Of a stretch of 62,162 nucleotides of DNA, positions 54,160-62,162 are shown in pieces; positions within the stretch are counted from its first letter, which is position 1; every line of letters begins with the position of its first letter. The stretch lies in IMG/VR virus record IMGVR_UViG_3300027963_002897, positions 1 to 62,162 of that record; one strand, 5' to 3'. The stretch is from a virus. Taxonomy: Duplodnaviria; Caudoviricetes. A program made the position numbers and the translations under genes. A model generated the notes under the pieces. The model was not told the origin of the DNA and searched no databases. It was given only the letters and a program-made list of their open reading frames with translations.

Positions 54160-54542
54160 TTTATCTGTGCCAATTGTTGTTGCAACTGTTGTAGTTCCTG
54201 TTGCTTTGCTTTGATTTGATCTTGTACTTCTTTCTTTTGAGCCATTACCTGTTGTGCTTGAGCCGCAGGATCTTGTTCGCCACCTGCTCCGGCTGCTCCG
54301 GCAACCTGTTGAGCAACATTACTAACTCCTTGTCCAACAGCTTGTGCGCCTTTCTGAACAGCTCCGCCAACCGCTTTTGCCCCTTGTACTGCGGCATTGC
54401 CAACACCTTTGGCTACTGCGGCACCACCACGTAAGGCAGCACCTCCAACCGCGGCAACACCGCGAGCAGCACCCAGCAATGCTGGAAGTATTTCGTCTAA
54501 CTGCTCACGTTCTTTGTCAGAGACAAATTCGTTTAATTTCAT
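54156..54542 (-). CDS. Gly/Ala/Gln-rich hypothetical protein
   Basis: MKLNEF...LDE then AKGVG-type repeats and Gln coiled coil. Confidence 0.75.
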   Translation of the reverse strand: MKLNEFVSDKEREQLDEILPALLGAARGVAAVGGAALRGGAAVAKGVGNAAVQGAKAVGGAVQKGAQAVGQGVSNVAQQVAGAAGAGGEQDPAAQAQQVMAQKKEVQDQIKAKQQELQQLQQQLAQIK

Positions 54543-56227
54543 CCTGCTAATACTTTTAGTAATTGATTACTGCGGTCAATTGATTCACGCTTGGCACGAC
54601 CTGCTTCTTCCGATCCGCCTGCTGCTGGTTCAGCTGCTGCAAAATCATCAAGCCCTGCATCAGAACCAAACTCATCACCGCCTGCGTTCATTGCATCTGG
54701 AGCTGCTGGAGCTGCTACGTCACCACCGAACTCGTCTCCACCTTCTGCACCTGGCTCACCACCAAGCATTTCTGCCGATTGCTCTTCACCAGTTAAAGCA
54801 CGTACACCACTTGATAGTGTTTCGCGTGTAGATTTTAGATTTTCTAGAGCTTGTTGAATCGTTGGAGCAACTGCACTGATAAATGCTTTTGCTTTTTCTT
54901 GACCCATTTCGTCACGGATAGAATCTCCTAGTGTTAGGAGTGTATCATTTTCCATTCCTGAAAGTTCTTCGATCCAACGGCCTACTCTGTCTACCATTGT
55001 TTTTGCGGTTACGATTGCAGATGCTTGCTGAATCTCACCTTCTCTTAAGTTACTCATATTATCTCCTGTTTGTTCTTTGTTTTCGTAGTTGATGCTTTCA
55101 GTTGCAGGTTCGCCTGTAACATGAACTGTCCATTTCTTACCTGTGGCTTCTGATTTCTTAGCGGCCCAAGTTTGTAGTTGACGGAAGTGAGTTTTTTCAG
55201 CCATGTCGTCTGCATGACGACCACGACCCTTAAATACCTTCCATTGTTTACCATTGACTGCTACAGCAAAGTTGTTAGCTGGTTCTGTATCACCTTCGTC
55301 CCAATCTCTTTCTTGACGGCCCATTCCGGTCACGCTGCTGTCATAATCTCTTTGGTATGCATCACGCCCGGTAGCTTCGCCTACATCATGAGCTTGTCTT
55401 TGTAGCCATTTGTAAGCACTGATCATTTCACCTGGAAAATCTTCATCATAGTTAAACATATAGTTGGCACGTTTTTTGTTGCCACCTACCATTTTAACAA
55501 CATGGGGGAACGCTGCTTTTAAAATATCATCTTCGTCGTCGAGGTCTGGATTCTCAGCATAGACATCTTGGGCAATGCTCATGTCGCTGTGTGGACTGTC
55601 ACCTTCCATCTCAATGCTTTCATCGTGTCCAGCAAAACCGTAATCTTCATCGCTGCCATGTCCAGCACTTGCTAGAGCATACGCATCATCAGTATCGCCG
55701 CCTTCGTCGTCTGGTTGCCCAAATCCTTCACCGAAGTCGCTGACAATACGATCCATTAAACGATTTTCGATCTCTTCAAAATCATCATCTGGGTGTAAAC
55801 CTGTTTCTGAAGTAATATCTTCAATCTGACTCTGTACCCACTTGCCTGCATCGCTATCGATATCGCTCATTAGATCATATAAAGCATCATAATCTTCTTC
55901 GTCTGCAATCTTGCCTAAAACTGTTTCTTTGTCTTCAGATTCTTCTTGAAATGTATTGTCTACAATGTGTTCTTCTCGATCCATTAACTCTGCAACAATA
56001 GCATCATGCATCCATTGTGCTTTGGTTAATGCTTCGTTTTCGATAGTTTCGTTGAACCCACTTTCTCCGCGAGCTGTATGAATCTGAGTACGTAATTTGT
56101 TACGAGCATCTTCTAGTTTTTCTGTGTCAAAAGTTTCAAAATTTAACTTTTGTCCAAAAACTTTATCGATGCTTTCGTTGATCCGTTTACTTGATCTATT
56201 AAATTTAAAAAGGTCCGTTGTTTTCAT
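54539..56227 (-). CDS. acidic protein, prohead core/scaffold-like
   Basis: Very acidic, many (L/I)-x-E sites, helical C-terminal domain. Confidence 0.6.
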   Translation of the reverse strand: MKTTDLFKFNRSSKRINESIDKVFGQKLNFETFDTEKLEDARNKLRTQIHTARGESGFNETIENEALTKAQWMHDAIVAELMDREEHIVDNTFQEESEDKETVLGKIADEEDYDALYDLMSDIDSDAGKWVQSQIEDITSETGLHPDDDFEEIENRLMDRIVSDFGEGFGQPDDEGGDTDDAYALASAGHGSDEDYGFAGHDESIEMEGDSPHSDMSIAQDVYAENPDLDDEDDILKAAFPHVVKMVGGNKKRANYMFNYDEDFPGEMISAYKWLQRQAHDVGEATGRDAYQRDYDSSVTGMGRQERDWDEGDTEPANNFAVAVNGKQWKVFKGRGRHADDMAEKTHFRQLQTWAAKKSEATGKKWTVHVTGEPATESINYENKEQTGDNMSNLREGEIQQASAIVTAKTMVDRVGRWIEELSGMENDTLLTLGDSIRDEMGQEKAKAFISAVAPTIQQALENLKSTRETLSSGVRALTGEEQSAEMLGGEPGAEGGDEFGGDVAAPAAPDAMNAGGDEFGSDAGLDDFAAAEPAAGGSEEAGRAKRESIDRSNQLLKVLAG

Positions 56228-56260
56228 ATTTGTATGGGTCCAGATTGATGTAGTATTTAT

Positions 56261-56689
56261 TCAGAACGAAGCCAAAGTTTCCGCCCGAACCTTGGCAGCT
56301 ATTACCCTATCTCGACTCTCGCTATATCTAGCCCATAGCACGTCTGAGCGGTCGTAATCCTGGTTATTCACTGCTTTTTGGTACTGTGTCCTTAGCATTT
56401 GGCTTTCAATAAACCAACGCCCGTATTCTTGATCTGCCCTGTAGATCACATCACATTGCGGATTGCTTTTGTACCTTGCCAACATGTTAGCCAGCTTGAT
56501 AGCTACTTTATTTAGACTAATTTCTTTGTAAAGCATCTCTTGATTTCTCCACAGGTATTTCAATGCGCCATTGCTGACTATCTTTACATCGCCAACAAGA
56601 ATTCCGTCCTCAACCTTAACAGGTAAGATTGGGGCTTTTTGGATTGCAGAGCGTATGGTCTGCTCTAGACGTTTTGAAATATCAGTCAT
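56261..56689 (-). CDS. hypothetical protein
   Basis: 142-aa ORF. Confidence 0.75.
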   Translation of the reverse strand: MTDISKRLEQTIRSAIQKAPILPVKVEDGILVGDVKIVSNGALKYLWRNQEMLYKEISLNKVAIKLANMLARYKSNPQCDVIYRADQEYGRWFIESQMLRTQYQKAVNNQDYDRSDVLWARYSESRDRVIAAKVRAETLASF

Positions 56690-56732
56690 AAAAAAAAGGA
56701 CCTATGGTCCTTATTTAAGTATGTATATAATG

Positions 56733-57122
56733 TCACTTAAAGAAGCTGGACAATGCTGTTGCGTGTCCTGACATAAAACCTAGTACAGCAATACCACCGG
56801 CTGTCATATAAACCCATTTGGTTTTAAATTGTTCTAATTCTTTAATCTTTTTATCTAATGCTGCGTGACTGTCTTGGTCTTCTGCATGTAATTTGTTTGC
56901 GTGTTCAAAATACTTTGAGCTGTTGTTACGATACTCTTCCTGCATCTTTTCTAGCTTGTCTGCTAGTAGGTCACGAGTCTGATCCAGACAGTCGTGCATA
57001 TCTTTGACATCAACTTTGAGGTCAATTAATTTTTCGTTGATATTATCAACCTGCGTCTCTAGTACGCTTACACGCTCTGGTATTGCCGCTAGTTGTGCGA
57101 CAGCTTCTTTCGTTGTGGCCAT
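56733..57122 (-). CDS. coiled-coil protein with C-terminal TM
   Basis: ERVSVLE coiled coil; WVYMTAGGIAVLGF. Confidence 0.75.
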   Translation of the reverse strand: MATTKEAVAQLAAIPERVSVLETQVDNINEKLIDLKVDVKDMHDCLDQTRDLLADKLEKMQEEYRNNSSKYFEHANKLHAEDQDSHAALDKKIKELEQFKTKWVYMTAGGIAVLGFMSGHATALSSFFK

Positions 57123-57215
57123 TATGGCTATGTTCCTTGTATGTTAAGTCAAGTGCTCGCTCCGAGCCATGTGCCTAAGTTAGTAACTGCCTAATGTGTG
57201 CCTTTGATAAAGTAT

Positions 57216-57620
57216 TTATCCTGATTGTGTTGTTTCATATATCCACGTATTGGGTTTCTCCCCAATCGTTTTGAACACAGCCGGATTAATGTCTATACTA
57301 TTATTTAGCTCAACCACCACAGGAACGCCATTTAGGTCATCTAATAGTAATCCTACAGGGTCTGTGCCTTTTAAAAACAAGTAATCTCGTTCAGTTTCAA
57401 ATTCCCATATCCAGTGGTTAGCCTTGCCAACCATAGGATGTGGTAGTCGTCCAGTGTTTAATTCTGGATCTTGTTCCCATGCTACGTTTGCACGAAGTCC
57501 AATGGCCTGTATCAAGCAGTTGAAATTTGCCTGCTGTCCTAGTTTAAGTCTGTTGGTTTCTTGACGAGAAGGATTAGTTCTTGTGATGTCAACAAATGTG
57601 ATTATTTTATATCGTGCCAT
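57216..57620 (-). CDS. hypothetical protein
   Basis: 134-aa ORF after TAAATA motif. Confidence 0.75.
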   Translation of the reverse strand: MARYKIITFVDITRTNPSRQETNRLKLGQQANFNCLIQAIGLRANVAWEQDPELNTGRLPHPMVGKANHWIWEFETERDYLFLKGTDPVGLLLDDLNGVPVVVELNNSIDINPAVFKTIGEKPNTWIYETTQSG

Positions 57621-57652
57621 GATATTATTTAAGTCAAGATACTAGAGCCAAC

Positions 57653-57675
57653 AAAAAAGGACCTTTCGGTCCTTT
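57653..57675 (-). terminator. intrinsic terminator
   Basis: AAAGGACC GAAA GGTCCTTTTTT. Confidence 0.8.
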
Positions 57676-57703
57676 AATGCTTCCCATCCCTGAGAATTAA
57701 CTA

Positions 57704-58132
57704 TTAAGCAATAGTTGTTGCTGTTGGTGATAGTGCTGTTACAGTAGTTGCAGCTGATGCATTTAGAGCAGCGTTGATAGCAGATTCTAATAGACCGAAT
57801 CCACCGTTTGCAGTGTTACCGCTGTCTGCTGATTGTGCTGTATCGCTAGAAATAGCGGCTACAAAACCGCCTGCTGCTGGGGCACCAACGTAGTATACTT
57901 CGCCGAAGCCTTGTAGTACGTTAACTGCTTTCTGAAACAAGCTGTTTGACAAGGTGTAAGACAATGTGCTTGTAGCACCGTCTTGATAACGCATGTCGTT
58001 TGATCCGCCTGTTACAGCCACTTTGATAAATGTTAGATCACGTGTACCAAATTGTGAAAATGTACCTGGGTTTTTGTAAGCATTAGCGCCTACTGTTGTT
58101 GAACCAACTGTTGTTGTTAAGATTGATGGCAT
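57704..58132 (-). CDS. Ala/Thr/Gly-rich protein, probable virion structural protein
   Basis: Composition, strong AGGAG SD, own terminator. Confidence 0.65.
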   Translation of the reverse strand: MPSILTTTVGSTTVGANAYKNPGTFSQFGTRDLTFIKVAVTGGSNDMRYQDGATSTLSYTLSNSLFQKAVNVLQGFGEVYYVGAPAAGGFVAAISSDTAQSADSGNTANGGFGLLESAINAALNASAATTVTALSPTATTIA

Positions 58133-58217
58133 AATAAGTTCTCCTTTTAATATAGTCCCGCTCCGGGACTGCCAATATTATTTATATTGGTTTGAAAAAA
58201 TCAGGGGTTTAGAGCTA

Positions 58218-59315
58218 TTAATCGGCTCTAAACGGAGTCCAACGATCACGTGGTACTAGTTTTGTACCTGCTGCGACATAGCCTTCACCGCCTGGTTTGC
58301 CACCAGTGCTTTGTTCTATTTCGCCACTGGCAGCATCAAGCTCACGAATTACTTCGTCTTTGGCCGCCATGATCTCACGTACTAGTTCAAACAGCAGATC
58401 CAGTACTCCGGGATGAGCATCGCTGTGGGCTTTTATCTTAGCTGCTTTAGCAGGGGTTTTTTGTTCAAATGCTAGGAAAGCATCTGTGTTGATATTGTCT
58501 AGCTGTTTTGCTTTTGATTGATTGTTAACAAATGTGTAAATTTCACCTTGCAAATAACCCATACCTGCAACTGGTGCTAACAGATTATTAATTGCCTGTT
58601 GATTCTTAGCCAACGCTTCAATCTTAGTAATATTATCTGCACCCACAGCAGGTCTATGGCTAACACTGGTTAGTCCAAATACTGCCAATTGCGGGTTACC
58701 AGCAAACTGATCAGGGTCTGTAAAGTCCTCCCCACTTTTGTCTCCAAAGTATCCAAAGAACTTGTGGGCTGCTACAGCCACTTTTGCCTTGATCAATTTC
58801 TGATAGTAAGGACTGCCAACTCGTACACTGTAGGTGGTTTGATTAGGAGTAAAGCTGATCTTACCGTCTGCACCAGAATAAGGTTTTCCTGGATGGAATA
58901 GTATGTCACCGTAGACATATCCACGGAAGTCTGCCGGAGTAGCCGCTTCAAAAACAGGCCACATATCTGCCATATCGCTGGCAAACTTTTCACGCCAGTC
59001 TTCACCTTTACCACGACTCATGATAAATGATTTAAGTTCTTCTGGGCTAGAGCTTTTGCCTTCTTCACGTCCCCAGTTGTTCTTACCAACCATACGGAAT
59101 GTGCCATCGTCCTCTCGTCCCCAATATACAGTAGGATTGCCGTCCCACTTGATAGTAATGCTGGTGCCTGGACTGGCTAGATCTTTCAGGATCTTAATGG
59201 CTTTGTGAGCACCGTTGGCTTCGGTGAATACTAGATCCTCGAGATGGTTGAACTCGCGTCCTACTTTCTTAGGAGCAGGTGCTTCGTCCTCGGTTAAAAA
59301 TTCCCAAAATCTCAT
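58218..59315 (-). CDS. ATP-dependent ligase-like (KxDG) protein
   Basis: IKWDG motif I, YGDIL, GEGYV, TKLV; HLEDL. Confidence 0.6.
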   Translation of the reverse strand: MRFWEFLTEDEAPAPKKVGREFNHLEDLVFTEANGAHKAIKILKDLASPGTSITIKWDGNPTVYWGREDDGTFRMVGKNNWGREEGKSSSPEELKSFIMSRGKGEDWREKFASDMADMWPVFEAATPADFRGYVYGDILFHPGKPYSGADGKISFTPNQTTYSVRVGSPYYQKLIKAKVAVAAHKFFGYFGDKSGEDFTDPDQFAGNPQLAVFGLTSVSHRPAVGADNITKIEALAKNQQAINNLLAPVAGMGYLQGEIYTFVNNQSKAKQLDNINTDAFLAFEQKTPAKAAKIKAHSDAHPGVLDLLFELVREIMAAKDEVIRELDAASGEIEQSTGGKPGGEGYVAAGTKLVPRDRWTPFRAD

Positions 59316-60124
59316 TTTACTATTTCAATCATTTGACGCATCCAACCAATCGATCCTGGTTGGTAGCTTTCTACTTGATTAGACTTAGGTAATTCGATAC
59401 CTTGACGTCCCAATGTTTCTCGGGCACCTGCAACTAGTTCTTCGTAGTTGGGTAATTTTTTAATGTAGTTTAGAATAGCATCTACTGATTTAATATCTTT
59501 AACAGTGGCTGTCTGTCCTAACAGCTCTTTGGCTATTTGATTCCAATCATTGCCATTGGGTAGCAGTTCATCTGTCTGCGGATCAAGTAGTCCATGTTTA
59601 GGACTGTACTTCATACCACGAGCACGAGCAATACTGCTTAATACAATATGACGATGTTCTCCACGATATGTATCGCTACCACCAATCATACTGCCTTGCT
59701 GGAACTTGGGATTAGCTGAAAACATAAAGTCAGCCTGCACAAATCCATTGGCTGCATCGCCTTTGATAGGCACTTTCCAGTGTACATTATCGCCGCTTAG
59801 TTTGATATTCTCTTTGCCAAAGTGTGCAATCAACTTGTCAGCAAATTCTTTCTTATCAACTTCTTTAGCGTCAACACTTAGATCTAAATCTCCAGAACTG
59901 TTTTTTTCAAATGTTCCGTCTTCGTGTGATTTACGTCCGGTAGTTCCTAACCACTTGACTGGCTTCTTATCGTCTAGATCTTTTTCTTTAGTAAAGTCTA
60001 GTCCTGTGATCTTTTCAATGTAGGCAACTGTTTCTTCAACATCAGCTGTAGCTATGCGCTGAGTCAAGGGCTTTTTATCAGCCCCTTTAAAAACGTTACC
60101 GCCTTCTAATAATGCTTTACTCAT
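59312..60124 (-). CDS. Pol-beta-like nucleotidyltransferase
   Basis: LGTTG...SGDLDL, VQADFM; LLEGGN leader. Confidence 0.6.
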   Translation of the reverse strand: MSKALLEGGNVFKGADKKPLTQRIATADVEETVAYIEKITGLDFTKEKDLDDKKPVKWLGTTGRKSHEDGTFEKNSSGDLDLSVDAKEVDKKEFADKLIAHFGKENIKLSGDNVHWKVPIKGDAANGFVQADFMFSANPKFQQGSMIGGSDTYRGEHRHIVLSSIARARGMKYSPKHGLLDPQTDELLPNGNDWNQIAKELLGQTATVKDIKSVDAILNYIKKLPNYEELVAGARETLGRQGIELPKSNQVESYQPGSIGWMRQMIEIVK

Positions 60125-60407
60125 CTTTATTCTCATTGAGTTGTTGTTGTTTCTTTTGTTTTCTATCTTCCACTATTTTACGGATACCTCTACTGAATTT
60201 AGCAGTATCTTGCCCTTTGATAGAATTAATAAATCGGCGCTCTAGTTCAGACGCATCTTCAGGGGAATAGTGCTTATGGATACTTTCTAGTAAATTAATA
60301 GCAGAATTGATAATGTTAGTGGCACGGCTTTCAAATAGAGAGTCTTTGTTACGGACTTCTGCTATATCATTCAGTTCTTGCAATATTGATCTTGTTCTAA
60401 TTTTCAT
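60117..60407 (-). CDS. hypothetical protein
   Basis: 96-aa ORF after TAAATAC motif. Confidence 0.75.
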   Translation of the reverse strand: MKIRTRSILQELNDIAEVRNKDSLFESRATNIINSAINLLESIHKHYSPEDASELERRFINSIKGQDTAKFSRGIRKIVEDRKQKKQQQLNENKDE

Positions 60408-60550
60408 ATGCCTTTCCCAGTGTAGTATTTACCCTCTGTACATCATTTGATATTATACACTGTTTGTTCTATTTAATCAAGTTGTAACACTTCTCATGGT
60501 AAATACTGAGTAGAAACAAACGTTACTACACACACTTACAGAGGAAAAAA

Positions 60551-60730
60551 ATGAAAGCCCTATCAAACAGAATGTTGAGCATTCTGGAACGTTTAAGTGA
60601 AATGTTCCCAGGATCCAGCTATCAAACCCGTTTAGATCAATATCTAAGCACCAAAGGCATTACCGATGCCGCACAGTTGGAAAACTACATCCAGCAATAC
60701 AACTACTCTCAAAAGGAGCAATATCTATGA
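60551..60730 (+). CDS. small hypothetical protein (59 aa, not in ORF track)
   Basis: MKALSNRMLSILERL...EQYL*, GAGG SD. Confidence 0.65.
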   Translation: MKALSNRMLSILERLSEMFPGSSYQTRLDQYLSTKGITDAAQLENYIQQYNYSQKEQYL

Positions 60731-60846
60731 AAAAAGTATTAAACGCAATCTGGTTATTTTTAGTAGCATTTGGCGAAGCACGTTATGCGGCTAGTCTTGC
60801 TCGTCAAGGCCGTGTAGCAGAAGCCAAAGCTGTATACGGCGCTTGA
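60727..60846 (+). CDS. small hypothetical protein (39 aa, not in ORF track)
   Basis: MKKVLNAIWLFLVAFGEARYAA..., AGGAG SD, ATGA overlap. Confidence 0.55.
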   Translation: MKKVLNAIWLFLVAFGEARYAASLARQGRVAEAKAVYGA

Positions 60847-60857
60847 TAAATATTGGC

Positions 60858-61433
60858 ATGAACTTAGTGTATATTCACGGAGCAAATGCCACCAGCGAAA
60901 GTTTCAACTATATTAGAAGTAAATTAGGCGACGGAGTAGATATCAACTACGACAGTCGCAATGGGTTTGAAAATAACCTTAAAGACATGCAGTTAACACT
61001 ACAAGGTCATAAGGACCTAGTGTTTGTTGCACACAGTCTAGGAGGCATATACAGTTTGCATTTGGCCAACTCAATGCCCACTGCTGTTAAAGGTGCTGTT
61101 ACTCTAAGCACACCCTATGGTGGTGCCGAAGTAGCGGACTATGCCCAATACTTTTTACCGTTCAGTAGACTAATGCGTGACATTGGTCCTAGTTCGTGGG
61201 TAATGAAGCAGGCTAGGAACATCAAGATACAGCATCCCTGGACCAACATTGTAACAGTCAAAGGACAAAGTCCGTTTATGCATGAACCCAATGACGGCGT
61301 GGTAACCATTGCCAGTCAGAAGCATCACAAAGATATGGAATTAGTAGAAGTAGACTGCAACCACTATGAAGTAGTGCTCAGTGACCAAGTGGTTGGACTT
61401 ATCAAAGAACGAGTAAAAAAGTTCCGGAAATAA
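60858..61433 (+). CDS. alpha/beta hydrolase
   Basis: IHG, AHSLGG, STPYGG, NDGVV, NH. Confidence 0.88.
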   Translation: MNLVYIHGANATSESFNYIRSKLGDGVDINYDSRNGFENNLKDMQLTLQGHKDLVFVAHSLGGIYSLHLANSMPTAVKGAVTLSTPYGGAEVADYAQYFLPFSRLMRDIGPSSWVMKQARNIKIQHPWTNIVTVKGQSPFMHEPNDGVVTIASQKHHKDMELVEVDCNHYEVVLSDQVVGLIKERVKKFRK

Positions 61434-61524
61434 GTTGTTTTTCTGTCGCAGAGCATATATAATAAGTTAACAGCGAAAAAGAAGTAGTTGTTAATTTACA
61501 GACATTAACACACAGGAGATTATT

Positions 61525-61797
61525 ATGTCAAACACATTCGAAGCACCAAAGCTACCAGAAGTTAAATTCAACAAGAACGGATACGAAATCCGTACAGACA
61601 TCTTGGGCATGGCCAAGAGCCTAGTACAAGACGACTTCCACGCCAAATTCCAAGGCTGGGAAATGACTGCTACTCGTGACGAGAAGACTGGTCAAATCGT
61701 TAGTAAAGTTGAAATGCCACAGTTCCCAGGACTTGATAAAGTTCTAGAAACAGCTGAAAAGATGTATGCATTTGTAAATAGTGGTACTAAGAAGTAA
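61525..61797 (+). CDS. phage hypothetical protein
   Basis: KNGYEIR...AEKMYAFV, AGGAG SD. Confidence 0.8.
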   Translation: MSNTFEAPKLPEVKFNKNGYEIRTDILGMAKSLVQDDFHAKFQGWEMTATRDEKTGQIVSKVEMPQFPGLDKVLETAEKMYAFVNSGTKK

Positions 61798-61836
61798 TTA
61801 GTTATCGCATAGCGATTTATATACATTAGAGAAAAG

Positions 61837-61859
61837 AAAAGCACCTTCGGGTGCTTTTT
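61837..61859. terminator. bidirectional intrinsic terminator
   Basis: AAAAGCACC TTCG GGTGCTTTTT between convergent genes. Confidence 0.85.
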
Positions 61860-61860
61860 C

Positions 61861-62162
61861 TTATGTGCGTAGGTTGGCTAGACCTACTAGTCTAAACAGG
61901 CCTAACCACATCCAGCCTATGTCAAATTCAAACCAACGGCGGCTTAACTTAACACTTGCAGGATTGAGATGATGGTTATTGTGAAGCTCCTCACCGCCCA
62001 CAACAATACCCCAAGGAATAATATTGCGGCTGTGATCATTGCTAGTTCCGTTCTTATATCCATACCAATGTCCTATTCCATTAATAACACCTGCGGCCCA
62101 GAATGGGATCCATATCATTTGAATACCCCACACTACCAGTCCCCACGGTCCAAAGAGCAAGC
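61861..62162 (-). CDS. fatty acid (delta-9) desaturase, C-terminal part
   Basis: INGIGH, GEELHNNHH histidine box, FEFDIGW; 5' part outside window. Confidence 0.88.
   Translation of the reverse strand, partial: LLFGPWGLVVWGIQMIWIPFWAAGVINGIGHWYGYKNGTSNDHSRNIIPWGIVVGGEELHNNHHLNPASVKLSRRWFEFDIGWMWLGLFRLVGLANLRT

Noticed and set aside
19573-60023. Numerous plus-strand ORFs antisense to long minus-strand genes
   Set aside because: Shadow frames of well-supported genes, with no SD or motifs
1-62162. CRISPR array or Cas operon
   Set aside because: No regularly spaced direct repeats were seen; recurring GGTTCGA/TGG motifs are tRNA T loops and CCA ends
1-62162. Stop-codon reassignment or suppressor tRNAs
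   Set aside because: Long conserved genes are intact in the standard code, all three stops end genes, and no CUA/UUA/UCA anticodon was found

Overview
About 62 kb of a large lytic T4-like/jumbo myophage genome, almost all on the minus strand, using the standard genetic code. No integrase or CRISPR array was seen. The host is inferred to be a betaproteobacterium, most likely a methylotroph (Methylophilaceae-type PqqA peptide; proteobacterial-like DnaK, AhpC/AhpD and Csp). Bases 1-8.6 kb hold 24 tRNA genes (one truncated; every amino acid except Gly). They are interleaved with rpoZ, 2OG-Fe(II) oxygenases, a flavin halogenase and several unannotated structured RNAs: a circularly permuted tRNA mimic, an 8/4 tRNA-like RNA with no D arm, a ~210-nt multi-hairpin RNA and long-stem spacer RNAs. 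A leader-peptide attenuator lies upstream. Next come small early genes including a paralog array, a CsgF-CsgG(SH3)-curlin-FecR-curlin-CHASE2/adenylate cyclase-PBP cassette, hemO-pcyX bilin genes, a proteostasis set (ClpP, ClpS, Hsp20, DnaK, GroES, two-piece permuted tmRNA), GuaC, bS21, lipoproteins and SleB with a long structured leader. A 23-aa pqqA missed by the ORF track follows, then a PlcP/Agt-like lipid-remodelling pair with an inserted acidic peptide and RimK, ahpCD, nrdAB, and late/virion genes including an RNA-ligase-like plus nucleotidyltransferase pair. All calls come from reading motifs and base pairing by eye; no database search or folding program was run.
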